A stretch of 64,000 nt of DNA from Desulfovirgula sp. (GCA_020725585.1 DYES01000072.1:921-64920), one strand, 5' to 3'; shown: positions 53,900-63,488, numbered from the stretch's first letter. Notes: generated from the sequence alone by a model not told the origin. Translations and numbers: made by a program.

Positions 53900-54973
53900 G
53901 TGCAAAAAGCGCATCTGCTCCCCAGGAGGGCTGCTGCCGGGCAGCCGAACGGCAGGCCGGTCGCGGAAGAAGACGCCGGAGGGCCCCGGCCGGCACCCTG
54001 GCAGGAAATTTTACCCTTTTTGCCCCCAGCTTTGGCCGCAATTATTGCCAACCTCCCGGGGGCGGTCCTGGAGAAACTGGAGGAAATTCGCCTCCGGCAG
54101 GGCAAGCCGCTGATCATCGGCCTGCCCGGCGCGGACCAAATGGTCGGTCCCCAGGGCGGGCCAGTCAAAGATTGCACCCAGGCTTACCTGGTTACCAAGG
54201 ACGACATTCAGCGGGTTACCCAGCTGGTCAGCGGATGCTCTTTGTACGCCTTTGAAGAAGAAATAAAAAACGGGTTCATCACTTTACCGGGCGGTCACCG
54301 GGTGGGCCTGACGGGAAAAGCGGTGGTGGAAAAGGGGCGGGTGAAAACGCTCAAACACATCTGTAGCCTGAATATCCGCATCTCCCGGGAGGTCAGGGGT
54401 ATCGCTGAACCCGTCTTGCCGTACCTGCTCGATTGCCGGGCGCTCAATATCTATCACACGTTAATTTTTTCTCCGCCGCGCTGCGGCAAAACCACTCTTT
54501 TACGCGATCTGGTCCGGCAGATCAGCAGCGGCATACCGCAGTTGAATTTTCCGGGCTTAAACGTCGGCCTGGTCGACGAGCGATCGGAAGTGGCCGGCTG
54601 CTACCGGGGGGTTCCCCAGCGCGACGTTGGTTTACGGACAGACGTCCTGGACGGGTGTCCCAAGGCGGAAGGGATGATCATGCTGCTGCGCGCGATGGCC
54701 CCCCAGGTCATCGCTACCGATGAAATCGGCAGCCGCGAGGACGTGGCTGCCCTAGAGGAAGTTTTTAACGCGGGGGTCAAGGTAATCGTTACGGTGCACG
54801 GATCGTCGCTGGCCGAACTGGCCGCCAGGCCTTCCCTGAATTACTTGCTTAACCTGAAGGTGATCGAGCGTTACGTGCTGCTGGGGCGCTCTTCCGGCAC
54901 CGGAACGGTGGAGCAAATCATCGACGGCAGATCTATGCTTCCCCTGCGGAAAGGGTCGAATTGCCGTGCTTAA
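53900..54973 (+). CDS. spoIIIAA: Stage III sporulation protein AA (secretion-type ATPase)
   Basis: 'EEIRLRQGKPL', Walker A 'SPPRCGKTTLLRD', 'IATDEIG'. GTG 53900 follows AAAGGGAGGGA; the ORF-track ATG 53774 adds 42 implausible residues. Confidence 0.9.
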   Translation: MQKAHLLPRRAAAGQPNGRPVAEEDAGGPRPAPWQEILPFLPPALAAIIANLPGAVLEKLEEIRLRQGKPLIIGLPGADQMVGPQGGPVKDCTQAYLVTKDDIQRVTQLVSGCSLYAFEEEIKNGFITLPGGHRVGLTGKAVVEKGRVKTLKHICSLNIRISREVRGIAEPVLPYLLDCRALNIYHTLIFSPPRCGKTTLLRDLVRQISSGIPQLNFPGLNVGLVDERSEVAGCYRGVPQRDVGLRTDVLDGCPKAEGMIMLLRAMAPQVIATDEIGSREDVAALEEVFNAGVKVIVTVHGSSLAELAARPSLNYLLNLKVIERYVLLGRSSGTGTVEQIIDGRSMLPLRKGSNCRA

Positions 54974-55484
54974 ACTAATGGGTTCGCTGGTGATTATTTT
55001 CAGTTTTGGATTAATCGGCGTTTTCATCGCCCGCAGCTACGCTCTTCGGCCCGAGGAACTGCGCAGCCTGCAGGCCGCTCTGCAGATGTTGGAAACGGAA
55101 ATTGCCTACGCGGCCACCCCGCTGGCGGATGCTTTGCTTTCCCTGTCCGCCAGAGCGGATCAGCGCGTACGGCCTTTGTTTGCGTATGCTTTGAAGGAGC
55201 TTTCCGCCACGCCCGGCTGCACGGCCCAGGAGGCCTGGGACAAGGCATTAAAGAATTTTTACCCGCAAGCGGCGCTCACGAAAAGCGACCTGGTTATTTT
55301 GGGCAACCTGGGGAGGGCGTTGGGGATTTCGGACCGCCAGGATCAGGTCAGACACCTCCGCCTGGCCAGCGAGCAAATCGGTGCGGAAATAGCCCGGGCG
55401 CAGAACGCGGCTTTTAAATACGTAAAGCTTTGGAACTATCTGGGCTTTTTGGGCGGCCTGGTCCTTGTCCTGCTTCTATACTGA
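54966..55484 (+). CDS. spoIIIAB: Stage III sporulation protein AB
   Basis: N- and C-terminal TM helices, 'LQAALQMLETEIAYAATPLADAL'; position in the operon. Confidence 0.88.
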   Translation: MLKLMGSLVIIFSFGLIGVFIARSYALRPEELRSLQAALQMLETEIAYAATPLADALLSLSARADQRVRPLFAYALKELSATPGCTAQEAWDKALKNFYPQAALTKSDLVILGNLGRALGISDRQDQVRHLRLASEQIGAEIARAQNAAFKYVKLWNYLGFLGGLVLVLLLY

Positions 55485-55490
55485 AAAGAG

Positions 55491-55703
55491 GTGGAAAAAA
55501 TGGGGTACGATCTCAACCTGATCTTTAAAATTGTCGGCGTGGGCATTTTGGTCGGCGCAGCGCATTACATCCTGAAAAATTCCGGCAAGGAAGATTACGC
55601 CTTTTTGGCCACGCTGGGAGGCCTGGGTATCGTTTTAATCTGGGTTATCCAGTTGCTGGGAAATTTTTTTGAACAGGTCAGGTCAGTCTTTAAACTTTTT
55701 TAG
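55491..55703 (+). CDS. spoIIIAC: Stage III sporulation protein AC
   Basis: ~66-aa two-TM protein 'IFKIVGVGILVG...LGGLGIVLIWVI'. Confidence 0.88.
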   Translation: MEKMGYDLNLIFKIVGVGILVGAAHYILKNSGKEDYAFLATLGGLGIVLIWVIQLLGNFFEQVRSVFKLF

Positions 55704-55720
55704 CAAGGAGCTAAAAAAGC

Positions 55721-56107
55721 ATGGAGATTATGCAAATTGTCGGCATAGGAATAGTGGCGGCGGTTCTGGCCGTAACCATCCGGCAGAGTAAGCCCGAAAT
55801 CGCCGTTACTGTGAGCGTTGCCGCGGGAATTATGATTTTTTTTCTCGTCTTGGGAAAAATCGGCGCGGTAATCGACGTCTTAAAAGAGCTGGCCGAACGG
55901 GCTGACCTGCATGCCATTTACCTGGCGACCATTTTAAAAATTCTCGCCATTGCTTACATAGCCGAGTTTGGGGCGCAAATCTGCCGCGATGCCGGAGAAG
56001 GCGCGCTGGCCGTAAAAATAGAATTTGCCGCCAAGGTGCTGGTATTGATCTTGGCCGTGCCCATTTTAGCCGCGGTGCTGCAGGCTTTGCTGAAACTGGT
56101 GCCCTGA
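55721..56107 (+). CDS. spoIIIAD: Stage III sporulation protein AD
   Basis: 128-aa four-TM protein 'IVGIGIVAAVLAVTIRQSKPE...AEFGAQICRDAGE'. Confidence 0.88.
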   Translation: MEIMQIVGIGIVAAVLAVTIRQSKPEIAVTVSVAAGIMIFFLVLGKIGAVIDVLKELAERADLHAIYLATILKILAIAYIAEFGAQICRDAGEGALAVKIEFAAKVLVLILAVPILAAVLQALLKLVP

Positions 56108-56108
56108 G

Positions 56109-57323
56109 GTGAAGAAAATGAGAAAAATAATGTGGCTTTTCTTTTTTGCTTTCCTGCTGTTGCCGGTCCCTGCCCCCGCCGCCGGCCTCCCGCCGGCAGG
56201 CGAACCAGTTTCTTTTAGCCCACTGCCGGACCGCCGGCAAGACGATCCGGCAGGCCGGCCCGAGTTGAATATACAAACAATCGAAGAGTACATCAGCCGC
56301 CTGGACGGTGAAATTCAAAAATCTGTGCCGGAGCTTAGCTTTAAGGATCTTTTGCTCAAGCTGGCCAAGGGAGAGCTCGACCTGACCCCGGCCGGCATCC
56401 TGCAGAGCGTGCTCGCCTGCTTTTTCCGGGAAGTGGTGGCCAACTCCGCACTCTTGGGAAAATTGATCATCCTGGCGATTATCTGCGCCGTTCTCCATAA
56501 CCTTACCGTTGCCTTTGACCGGGGAACAACCGGCCAGCTGAGTTATACCGTGGTTTACCTGGTCATGATCGGCCTGGCCCTGGGCTCTTTCGCCCTGGCC
56601 GTAAATAGCGGGCGGGAAGTGGTGGACAAGATGGTTTCTTTTATGCAGGCCCTGCTGCCCCTTTTGCTTACTTTGCTGGTGGCCATGGGGGGAGTCGCTT
56701 CGGCCGCCATCTTTCACCCGGTTATTCTGGCCAGCCTGACCGTTATCGGCACGCTCACCAAAAATATTGTCCTGCCGCTGATCTTCTTTGCCGCCGTGCT
56801 GAGCATAGCCGGAAATCTTTCGCCGCAGTTCCGGGTGTCCCATCTGGCCGGCCTCCTGAAAACCATTGCCCTGGGGATACTGGGTGTATTTGGCACTATT
56901 TTTTTGGGCCTGCTGGCCATCCGCGGAGTGGCGGGCGGCGTAGGCGACGGGATTGCCTTGCGCACGGCCAAGTTTGCCGTGGACGCCTTTATCCCCATCG
57001 TAGGCGGGATGTTTTCCGACGCTTTGGAAGCCATCGTCAGCTCCTCTTTACTAATTAAAAACGCCGCGGGGATTGCCGGAATGATCATCGTTCTCCTGAT
57101 CATGGGCCTTCCCCTGCTCAAAATACTTACCCTGGCTCTAATTTACAAACTTGCCGGCGCCCTGGTGCAGCCCGTAGGAGAAGGGCAGGTGGTTGATTGC
57201 TTAAATGATTTGGGGGCCAGCCTGATGATGGTTTTTGCCGTGGTCTCCGTCGTAGGGCTGCTCTTCTTTTTCACCATCGCCATCCTCATCGGCGTAGGTA
57301 ATCTTACCGTTATGCTGCGCTGA
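56109..57323 (+). CDS. spoIIIAE: Stage III sporulation protein AE
   Basis: Signal peptide plus polytopic permease-like protein of ~400 aa; operon position. Confidence 0.88.
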   Translation: MKKMRKIMWLFFFAFLLLPVPAPAAGLPPAGEPVSFSPLPDRRQDDPAGRPELNIQTIEEYISRLDGEIQKSVPELSFKDLLLKLAKGELDLTPAGILQSVLACFFREVVANSALLGKLIILAIICAVLHNLTVAFDRGTTGQLSYTVVYLVMIGLALGSFALAVNSGREVVDKMVSFMQALLPLLLTLLVAMGGVASAAIFHPVILASLTVIGTLTKNIVLPLIFFAAVLSIAGNLSPQFRVSHLAGLLKTIALGILGVFGTIFLGLLAIRGVAGGVGDGIALRTAKFAVDAFIPIVGGMFSDALEAIVSSSLLIKNAAGIAGMIIVLLIMGLPLLKILTLALIYKLAGALVQPVGEGQVVDCLNDLGASLMMVFAVVSVVGLLFFFTIAILIGVGNLTVMLR

Positions 57324-57344
57324 CCCGGCAGGGGGGAAAATTCC

Positions 57345-58025
57345 TTGGAGATAATTCGCCTGCTCGTCCAAAACCTGATTGTCATTATCATCCTGTCCAC
57401 CTTTTTGGAAATGCTTCTTCCGGCGGGGGAGATGAAGCGTTACACCAAGCTGGTGATGGGGCTGTTGGTGATCATTACCGTGCTCGGTGCGCTGGGCAGC
57501 CTGCTCCGGGGGGATTGGGCGCGGGAACTGCCCGAACAGGCGATCGGCGTGAGGCAACCCGGTGCCGCCGGGCTGAGTGAAATCATGGCCAGCGCAAAAA
57601 AAGTAAGCCAGGAGCACCTGAAAAGGGCGGGCGAAGAATACCGGCGCTCGCTGGCCCGCCAGGTCAGCGCCCTTGCCGGCTTAAGCGGAGAAGTGGAGGT
57701 CCTCTGGGTAGAGGTGGATATTTACGACGAAGAAAGCAATCCAAAGTTCGGCCAGGTCAAGGAGATCAGGCTGGCGGCAAGCGGCGCCCGGCTTCCCGCA
57801 CAGGAGCGGAATACGCTTGCCGAACCGATCAAAATCGAGGTAGGAGAGCAAAAGAAAAAAGAATCTTTTGTTCGGGAGCGGCCGGATCAGGCGCAGTGCT
57901 TATCTTCTGCAGTCAAAGATAAGTTAAAAACGACGATAGCGAATTTTTACGGGCTTTCTCAAGAACAGGTGAAGGTTTTTGAGGGGAACCAGGCACCAGA
58001 GACAAAGAATCGAGAGGAGGGCTGA
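57345..58025 (+). CDS. spoIIIAF: Stage III sporulation protein AF
   Basis: 'LVQNLIVIIILSTFLEMLLP...KRYTKLVMGLLVI' N-terminus typical of SpoIIIAF. Confidence 0.85.
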   Translation: MEIIRLLVQNLIVIIILSTFLEMLLPAGEMKRYTKLVMGLLVIITVLGALGSLLRGDWARELPEQAIGVRQPGAAGLSEIMASAKKVSQEHLKRAGEEYRRSLARQVSALAGLSGEVEVLWVEVDIYDEESNPKFGQVKEIRLAASGARLPAQERNTLAEPIKIEVGEQKKKESFVRERPDQAQCLSSAVKDKLKTTIANFYGLSQEQVKVFEGNQAPETKNREEG

Positions 58026-58027
58026 AA

Positions 58028-58639
58028 ATGAAAGACTGGTGGAAAAAAGTGGTGGGCGGGGAGAACGGTGATTACCCCCCGAAACAGCAAAGGCAAAAGA
58101 TTATCTGGCTGGCGGGCGCAATTATCCTGGGCGTGGCTTTGATTTTAATCGGCAATAGCCACCGTCCCGGCCAGAGCGCCCCGGAGACGGCGGTTGCAAG
58201 AGGGGAGGAAAAGCCCGCTTTTCGTTCCGCAATGGCCCAGGAGGAAGAAGTTTTAGCCGCCAGGCTCAAAAAAATGCTCAGTCAGGTGGAGGGCGCGGGA
58301 AAAGTGGACGTGACGGTGCGCCTGGCCAGCTCCAAGCGGGATAAGTACGCCATCAACACCACCACCGGCCGAAAAACCACGGAAGAAAAAGATCAGGCGG
58401 GCGGAGCCAGGCTGATCACCGAAAACACCGGCAATGAGCAGCTTGTTGTGCTCCGTGACGGCCAGAAAGAAACTCCCGTCGTCGAGGAGGAGCAGGCCGC
58501 GCGCATTGCCGGCGTGCTGGTGGTGGCGGAAGGGGCAAAGAACCCGGTCATCAAGGCGCATTTATTCAAGGCCGTGCAGGTGGCCCTGGGCGCAGAACCG
58601 CAAAAAATTCTGGTTTTGCCTGCCGAAGGGGGAGAATAA
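58028..58639 (+). CDS. spoIIIAG: Stage III sporulation protein AG (ring-building motif protein)
   Basis: TM followed by 'EEEVLAARLKKMLSQVEGAGKVDVTV...IAGVLVVAEGA' (EscJ/YscJ-like RBM). Confidence 0.85.
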   Translation: MKDWWKKVVGGENGDYPPKQQRQKIIWLAGAIILGVALILIGNSHRPGQSAPETAVARGEEKPAFRSAMAQEEEVLAARLKKMLSQVEGAGKVDVTVRLASSKRDKYAINTTTGRKTTEEKDQAGGARLITENTGNEQLVVLRDGQKETPVVEEEQAARIAGVLVVAEGAKNPVIKAHLFKAVQVALGAEPQKILVLPAEGGE

Positions 58640-58640
58640 T

Positions 58641-59237
58641 ATGCTTACCGTAATTGTTCGCAAGCGCTTGCTTTATCTTTTTTTCTTTGTTTTCCTGGGC
58701 GCAGGGCTGCTTTTCGCAGGTCTTTTCGAAATCCCCTCCAGGCTGCTGAAAAAGGAAAAGGCGGCGGCCGTTGAAAGCGTCCAGCTCGAGCGGGCCTTTA
58801 GCCCGCCTCCCCAGTCCGCGCCAGGAGCAGCCGGTCCTTCGTCCCGGGCAATCACCGCCGACAAAAATAACCTGGATTTTTTCATTGAATACCGATTGGA
58901 TCGCGAACGCACGCGCGGCCGGCAAATAGAGCTTTTGCGGGAAATCATCAACAGTCCTTCCGCCAGTGAGCAGGCGCGCAAGAAAGCCCAAGAGGAACTT
59001 CTGGCCATCAGCCACAAACTGGCTAAGGAAACGGAACTGGAGCATTTAATCCGGGCGAAGGGATATCAAGACGCCACCGTCTGTATTGAGGAAAAAGGGG
59101 TAACTGTAATCGTCCAGCCGCTCAAGGGCAAGGAACCGGCCAAAATTTCCGCCGAGGACGTCGCCAGGATTTGCGAAGTGGTTTCTTGGGGAACAGGCGT
59201 TGGGGAGCAAAACATCATCGTTATTCCCAAAACGTGA
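58641..59237 (+). CDS. spoIIIAH: Stage III sporulation protein AH
   Basis: ATG 58641 follows GGGGGAGAA. TM followed by 'DFFIEYRLDRERTRGRQIELLREII' and a C-terminal RBM domain. The ORF-track start 58434 lies inside spoIIIAG. Confidence 0.85.
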   Translation: MLTVIVRKRLLYLFFFVFLGAGLLFAGLFEIPSRLLKKEKAAAVESVQLERAFSPPPQSAPGAAGPSSRAITADKNNLDFFIEYRLDRERTRGRQIELLREIINSPSASEQARKKAQEELLAISHKLAKETELEHLIRAKGYQDATVCIEEKGVTVIVQPLKGKEPAKISAEDVARICEVVSWGTGVGEQNIIVIPKT

Positions 59238-59274
59238 TCCTGAAAGAGCCATGAAAACTCAATTTTGCCAAGGG

Positions 59275-59303
59275 TTGCTAAAGGGCGGCGGTTACAGTAT
59301 AAT
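59275..59303 (+). promoter_or_regulatory. Sigma-A promoter (TTGCTA-17 nt-TATAAT) for the asp23 operon
   Basis: Read directly; 52 nt upstream of the asp23 GTG. Confidence 0.6.
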
Positions 59304-59355
59304 AGAAGCATGTTCTTTAAATTAAGGGTAATTTTTTAAGGGGGGTTTCACGCGC

Positions 59356-59745
59356 GTGGAAGAAAAAAAGGAAATTGTAGTCCAGCAGGAACAGACGGGC
59401 CTCGGCTCCATCAGGATCGCTGACGAAGTGGTAAGGATCATTGCCGGCCTGGCCGCTACGGAGGTGCCTGGCGTGGCCGGGATGAGCGGGGGAATCGTGG
59501 GCGGCATTACGGAAATGTTAGGGCGCAAGAACCTTTCCAAAGGTGTGAAGGTAGATGTGGGCGAAAAAGAAGCGGCCATCGATATTTTTGTGGTGATCGA
59601 GTACGGCAGTAAAATTCCGGAGGTTGCGTCCCAGATTCAGCAAAAGGTAAAGAAAGCCGTCCAGGAAATGACCGGCTTAAATGTTGTGGAAGTGAACGTA
59701 AACATCCAGGGAGTCACCTTTAGCGGAACGGAAGTGAAAGAATAG
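59356..59745 (+). CDS. Asp23/Gls24-family alkaline-shock envelope stress protein
   Basis: 'GSIRIADEVVRIIAGLAATEVPGVAGM...', 'IDIFVVIEYGSKIPEVASQIQQKVKKAVQEMTGL'. Confidence 0.88.
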   Translation: MEEKKEIVVQQEQTGLGSIRIADEVVRIIAGLAATEVPGVAGMSGGIVGGITEMLGRKNLSKGVKVDVGEKEAAIDIFVVIEYGSKIPEVASQIQQKVKKAVQEMTGLNVVEVNVNIQGVTFSGTEVKE

Positions 59746-59783
59746 GGAGCTCCGGGAACTTTCGTAGGGGAGGCTAAAAAACT

Positions 59784-60317
59784 GTGCAGCCTTTCGACCG
59801 TGGCCTGCTTTTTGTGTATACTCTGGCCTTGACCATCTGCTTTCTAACCGCGATACCTTTCTTGGCCGGCTGGCTGGATTGGTCTTTGCTGGCGCCCCTT
59901 TATAATCAATTGCCGGTCCGGCCGGAAATAGTTTTAATCTTCTTCCTGGGACTGCTTATCCTCATGGGAGCAAGGCTTTTTTGGGCGAACATCAAGCCCG
60001 CCCGTAAGCACGTAATTGTCCACGAAGGAGCTATGGGACAGGTGCGCGTTGCGCTGACGGCAATGGAAGACCTGGCGGCAAAAGTGGTGGCCCAAAACAG
60101 CGGCGTTCACGACGTGCGCGCCAGAGTGTTGGCGCTGCCGCAGGGGGTGGGCATCAGTGTGCAGGCCACGGTAACCCCCGACACACAAATCCCCGATCTT
60201 TCAAAAGCCATTCAAGAACAGGTAAAAGAAAAGATTCTGGCCGTAACGGGGATTGCCGTTCAGCAGGTGCACGTTTTTGTAAACAGTATTTCGGCCCGCA
60301 AGCCGCGGGTAGAATAG
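59784..60317 (+). CDS. amaP: Alkaline-shock response membrane anchor protein AmaP
   Basis: Two N-terminal TM helices followed by an Asp23-like fold ('QVRVALTAMEDLAAKVV...VHVFVNSI'); position after asp23. Confidence 0.75.
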   Translation: MQPFDRGLLFVYTLALTICFLTAIPFLAGWLDWSLLAPLYNQLPVRPEIVLIFFLGLLILMGARLFWANIKPARKHVIVHEGAMGQVRVALTAMEDLAAKVVAQNSGVHDVRARVLALPQGVGISVQATVTPDTQIPDLSKAIQEQVKEKILAVTGIAVQQVHVFVNSISARKPRVE

Positions 60318-60354
60318 CTCCTCTTAAAAAAGAGGCAAGAGGTGCTGCCAGGCA

Positions 60355-60564
60355 ATGGACTTCATGGATATTATTACTAAACATCGGGGCAAAATAATCG
60401 GCATTGCTTTAGGTTTGGTTTTCGCACTGCTGATTATTAAATACGGGTTTTTAAAGACCTTTTTTATTGCTTTCTGTGTGGGAATAGGGTATTATATAGG
60501 CAAGCGCATCGATGAGCGCATCGATCTGAAAGAAACGGTGGCCCGGCTTTTCCGAAAAGATTGA
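60355..60564 (+). CDS. DUF2273 small integral membrane protein
   Basis: 69 aa, 'HRGKIIGIALGLVFALLIIKYGFLKTFFIAFCVGIGYYIG'; typical third gene of asp23 operons. Confidence 0.75.
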   Translation: MDFMDIITKHRGKIIGIALGLVFALLIIKYGFLKTFFIAFCVGIGYYIGKRIDERIDLKETVARLFRKD

Positions 60565-60605
60565 AAAGCTCTTACGGCGGCTTTTGAAAAAAAGCGGGGT
60601 TATTT

Positions 60606-61022
60606 ATGAGCAGAAGGCAGGCCAGGGAACTTGCCTTGCAGGTTTTATTCCAGGTGGACGTTGGCGGAGCCGCACCGGAAGCAGCTACAGAATATGCGGC
60701 GCGGGAAAAACCGCTTAGCCAGGAGGATCTGGCCTTCGCCAGAAGGGTGATTTTTGGCACCCTGGCGCATTTAAAGTCCATTGATCAGGTCGTTTCCCGC
60801 GTCAGCCACGACTGGGAAATCGACCGGATGGCCGCCGTCGACCGCAACCTCATCCGCCTGGCCCTGTTTGAAATTTTTTATTGCGAAGATATTCCGGTGG
60901 CGGTTTCTGTGAACGAAGCGGTAGAGCTCGCCAAGGTTTACGGCGGCGATGACTCTAGCCGCTTTATAAACGGCATTCTGGGGAAGGTGGCAAGAGATCC
61001 GGCCAGTTATTTGCCGTCTTAA
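60606..61022 (+). CDS. nusB: Transcription antitermination factor NusB
   Basis: 'SRRQARELALQVLFQVD', 'DRMAAVDRNLIRLALFEI', 'INEAVELAKVYGGDDSSRFINGILG'. Confidence 0.93.
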   Translation: MSRRQARELALQVLFQVDVGGAAPEAATEYAAREKPLSQEDLAFARRVIFGTLAHLKSIDQVVSRVSHDWEIDRMAAVDRNLIRLALFEIFYCEDIPVAVSVNEAVELAKVYGGDDSSRFINGILGKVARDPASYLPS

Positions 61023-61047
61023 ATTACCTTAATTTTGGTTACTTCGT

Positions 61048-61073
61048 AAACTGCTTGACGAAAGCAGTTTTTT
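61048..61073 (+). terminator. Rho-independent terminator after nusB
   Basis: AAACTGCTT-gacga-AAGCAGTTT 9-bp stem followed by TTTCTGTTTT. Confidence 0.8.
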
Positions 61074-61185
61074 CTGTTTTAAAATTGGTTTCATTATTTC
61101 CCTTAGAGGCAGGAATTAGGGGATTTTGCGCGAAGTAATAGAGATAGCAAAAAGAAATATCCAAAAGGGAGGGGAAAGGTTTTTT

Positions 61186-62055
61186 ATGTACAAAATTCTC
61201 GAAAAGCAGGTGTTTTCGCCCATCATCAAACTAATGGTCATTGAAGCGCCAAAAGTAGCTAAAAAATGTCAACCCGGGCAGTTTGTCATCCTGCGCACCC
61301 ACGAGGAAGGCGAGCGCATTCCCTTGACTATTGCTGATTTCGACCGCGAAAAGGGAACCATTACCATTGTCTTCCAGGAAGTGGGCAAAACCACCAGGCG
61401 ACTGGGGAGGCTTGAAGCCGGCGACTGCCTCCGGGATTTTGTCGGTCCGCTGGGCACCCCCTCGCACATCGAAAATTTCGGCACAGTTATCTGCGTCGGC
61501 GGCGGGGTGGGCGTGGCTCCCGTCTTTCCCATCGCCAGAGCACTGAAGGAAGCCGGCAATCACGTCATCGGCATTATGGGCGCCCGGACGAAAGAGCTCA
61601 TTTTCTGGGAAGAAAAAATGCGCGAAGCGTGCAGCGAGCTGTTTGTTACCACGGATGACGGCTCTTACGTAAGAAAGGGTTTCGTTACCGATGTTTTAAA
61701 AGACGTTATTGAGGAGAGAGGAAAGGAGCAAATTGCCCTGGTCCTGGCCATCGGCCCCCAGCCGATGATGCGGGCCTGCTGCAATTTGACCAGGGAATAC
61801 GGGCTCAAGACCATCGTCAGCCTGAATTCGCTCATGGTTGACGGTACGGGGATGTGCGGTTGCTGCCGGGTTACCGTCGGCGGGCAAACCAGGTTTGTTT
61901 GCGTGGACGGCCCGGAATTCGACGGGCACCAGGTGGATTTTGCCGAGCTGGCGCGCCGTAACGCATTTTTCCTGGAAGAAGAAAAACTTTCGCTGGAGCG
62001 TTATCAAAGCAGCGGCGGCTGTAGCTGCGGCTGCGGTTGCGGAGGTGGTCAATAA
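61186..62055 (+). CDS. nfnA: NfnA-type ferredoxin-NADP+ reductase small subunit (PyrK/sulfide dehydrogenase-like, FAD + [2Fe-2S]) with Cys/Gly C-terminal tail
   Basis: 'MYKILEKQVFSP...', 'GQFVILR', cluster motif 'GTGMCGCCRV...FVCVDGP'. Extra tail 'SSGGCSCGCGCGGGQ'. ATG 61186 follows AAAGGGAGGGGAAAGG. Confidence 0.85.
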   Translation: MYKILEKQVFSPIIKLMVIEAPKVAKKCQPGQFVILRTHEEGERIPLTIADFDREKGTITIVFQEVGKTTRRLGRLEAGDCLRDFVGPLGTPSHIENFGTVICVGGGVGVAPVFPIARALKEAGNHVIGIMGARTKELIFWEEKMREACSELFVTTDDGSYVRKGFVTDVLKDVIEERGKEQIALVLAIGPQPMMRACCNLTREYGLKTIVSLNSLMVDGTGMCGCCRVTVGGQTRFVCVDGPEFDGHQVDFAELARRNAFFLEEEKLSLERYQSSGGCSCGCGCGGGQ

Positions 62056-63488
62056 TGGCAGAGTTGCAAGAGCCGAAGAAAAAGAAAGAAATCATCCCGA
62101 AAAAGCATCCCATGCCCGCCCAGGACCCGGCGGCGCGCGTGAAAAACTTTGACGAAGTGGCCCTGGGATACGATGAAGAAACTGCCGTGGCGGAGGCAAA
62201 CCGCTGCCTCCAGTGCAAAAAAGAGCCCTGCCGTCAGGGCTGCCCGGTGGAAGTGGAGATCCCGGCGTTTATTAAATTAATTGCCGAAAGGGACTTTGCC
62301 GGCGCCATCAAAAAGATTAAGGAGAAAAACGCCCTTCCGGCGGTTTGCGGCCGGGTATGCCCGCAGGAGAACCAGTGCGAGAAATACTGCACCCTGGGCA
62401 AAAAAAATGAGCCGGTGGCCATCGGCCGCCTGGAGCGCTTTTGCGCCGACTGGGAGCTGGCCCAGGGAGTTTTTCCCCAGGAAGTGGCGCCGCCTACGGG
62501 CTTTAAGGTGGCCGTGGTGGGATCCGGCCCCGGAGGGCTTACCTGCGCTGCCGACCTGGCCAAGCTGGGCCACCAGGTGACCATTTTTGAAGCCCTGCAC
62601 GTACCCGGGGGAGTGCTCATGTACGGAATTCCCGAGTTTCGTTTGCCCAAGCGGGTAGTGCAGGCGGAAATTGAGAACCTGAAAAAGCTGGGGGTAAACA
62701 TCGAAGTAAATTCCGTGGTCGGTAAATTTGCTACGATAGATGAACTGATGAACGAAGAAGGGTTTGCGGCCGTATACATCGGGACGGGCGCGGGCCTGCC
62801 TTATTTCATGAACATCCCGGGCGAAAATTCTTGCGGCGTGTATTCCGCCAACGAGTTTTTAACCCGGACGAACCTCATGAAGGCCTACCTCTTCCCCGAG
62901 TGGGACACCCCCATTAAAATCGGCAAGAAGGTGGCCGTCCTGGGCGGCGGCAACGTGGCCATGGACGCGGCGCGGACGGCTTTACGGCTGGGCGCTGAAG
63001 AATCCTGGATTGTTTACCGCCGCTCTAAAAACGAATTACCTGCCCGCCACGAAGAAGTGGAAAACGCCATTGAAGAAGGGGTTAAGTTTGCCTTTTTAAC
63101 CAGCCCCACCAGGATTCTGGCGGACGAAAACGGGAAGGTCAAGGCCATGGAGTGCTTGAAATATGAACTGGGCGAGCCCGATGCTTCCGGCAGGCGCAGC
63201 CCCGTTCCGATTCCCGGCTCGGAATTCATCATGGAAGTGGATACGGTCGTAGTAGCCATCGGCCAGGGGCCGAATCCTTTGGTGCCCAGAACCACCAAAG
63301 GCCTGGATGTAACCAAAAAAGGGAACATCGTGGCCGACCCAGCTACGGGAGCCACTTCCAAGCCGGGCGTATTCGCGGGGGGCGACGTGGTTACGGGCGC
63401 GGCGACCGTTATTCTGGCCATGGGTGCCGGCCGCGTGGCGGCCAAATCCATTCACCAGTACCTGATGGCCAAAAAGGGAGAGTCTTAA
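62055..63488 (+). CDS. nfnB: NfnB-type NADPH-dependent glutamate-synthase-small-subunit-like oxidoreductase
   Basis: Fe-S motifs 'CLQCKKEPCRQGCPV' and 'CGRVCPQENQCEKYC'; Rossmann 'VVGSGPGGLTCA' and 'VLGGGNVAMD'. The ATG overlaps the nfnA stop (TAATG). Confidence 0.88.
   Translation: MAELQEPKKKKEIIPKKHPMPAQDPAARVKNFDEVALGYDEETAVAEANRCLQCKKEPCRQGCPVEVEIPAFIKLIAERDFAGAIKKIKEKNALPAVCGRVCPQENQCEKYCTLGKKNEPVAIGRLERFCADWELAQGVFPQEVAPPTGFKVAVVGSGPGGLTCAADLAKLGHQVTIFEALHVPGGVLMYGIPEFRLPKRVVQAEIENLKKLGVNIEVNSVVGKFATIDELMNEEGFAAVYIGTGAGLPYFMNIPGENSCGVYSANEFLTRTNLMKAYLFPEWDTPIKIGKKVAVLGGGNVAMDAARTALRLGAEESWIVYRRSKNELPARHEEVENAIEEGVKFAFLTSPTRILADENGKVKAMECLKYELGEPDASGRRSPVPIPGSEFIMEVDTVVVAIGQGPNPLVPRTTKGLDVTKKGNIVADPATGATSKPGVFAGGDVVTGAATVILAMGAGRVAAKSIHQYLMAKKGES

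Noticed and set aside
55830-56843. 337-aa minus-strand ORF antisense to spoIIIAD/AE. Similar long antisense ORFs lie at 9103-9639, 1563-2033, 26685-27191, 33838-34416, 23999-24601 and 25484-26053.
   Set aside because: All lie opposite well-supported genes. Their products are Arg/Gly/Pro-rich and low-complexity, with no motifs or SDs. They are typical shadow ORFs of GC-rich coding DNA.
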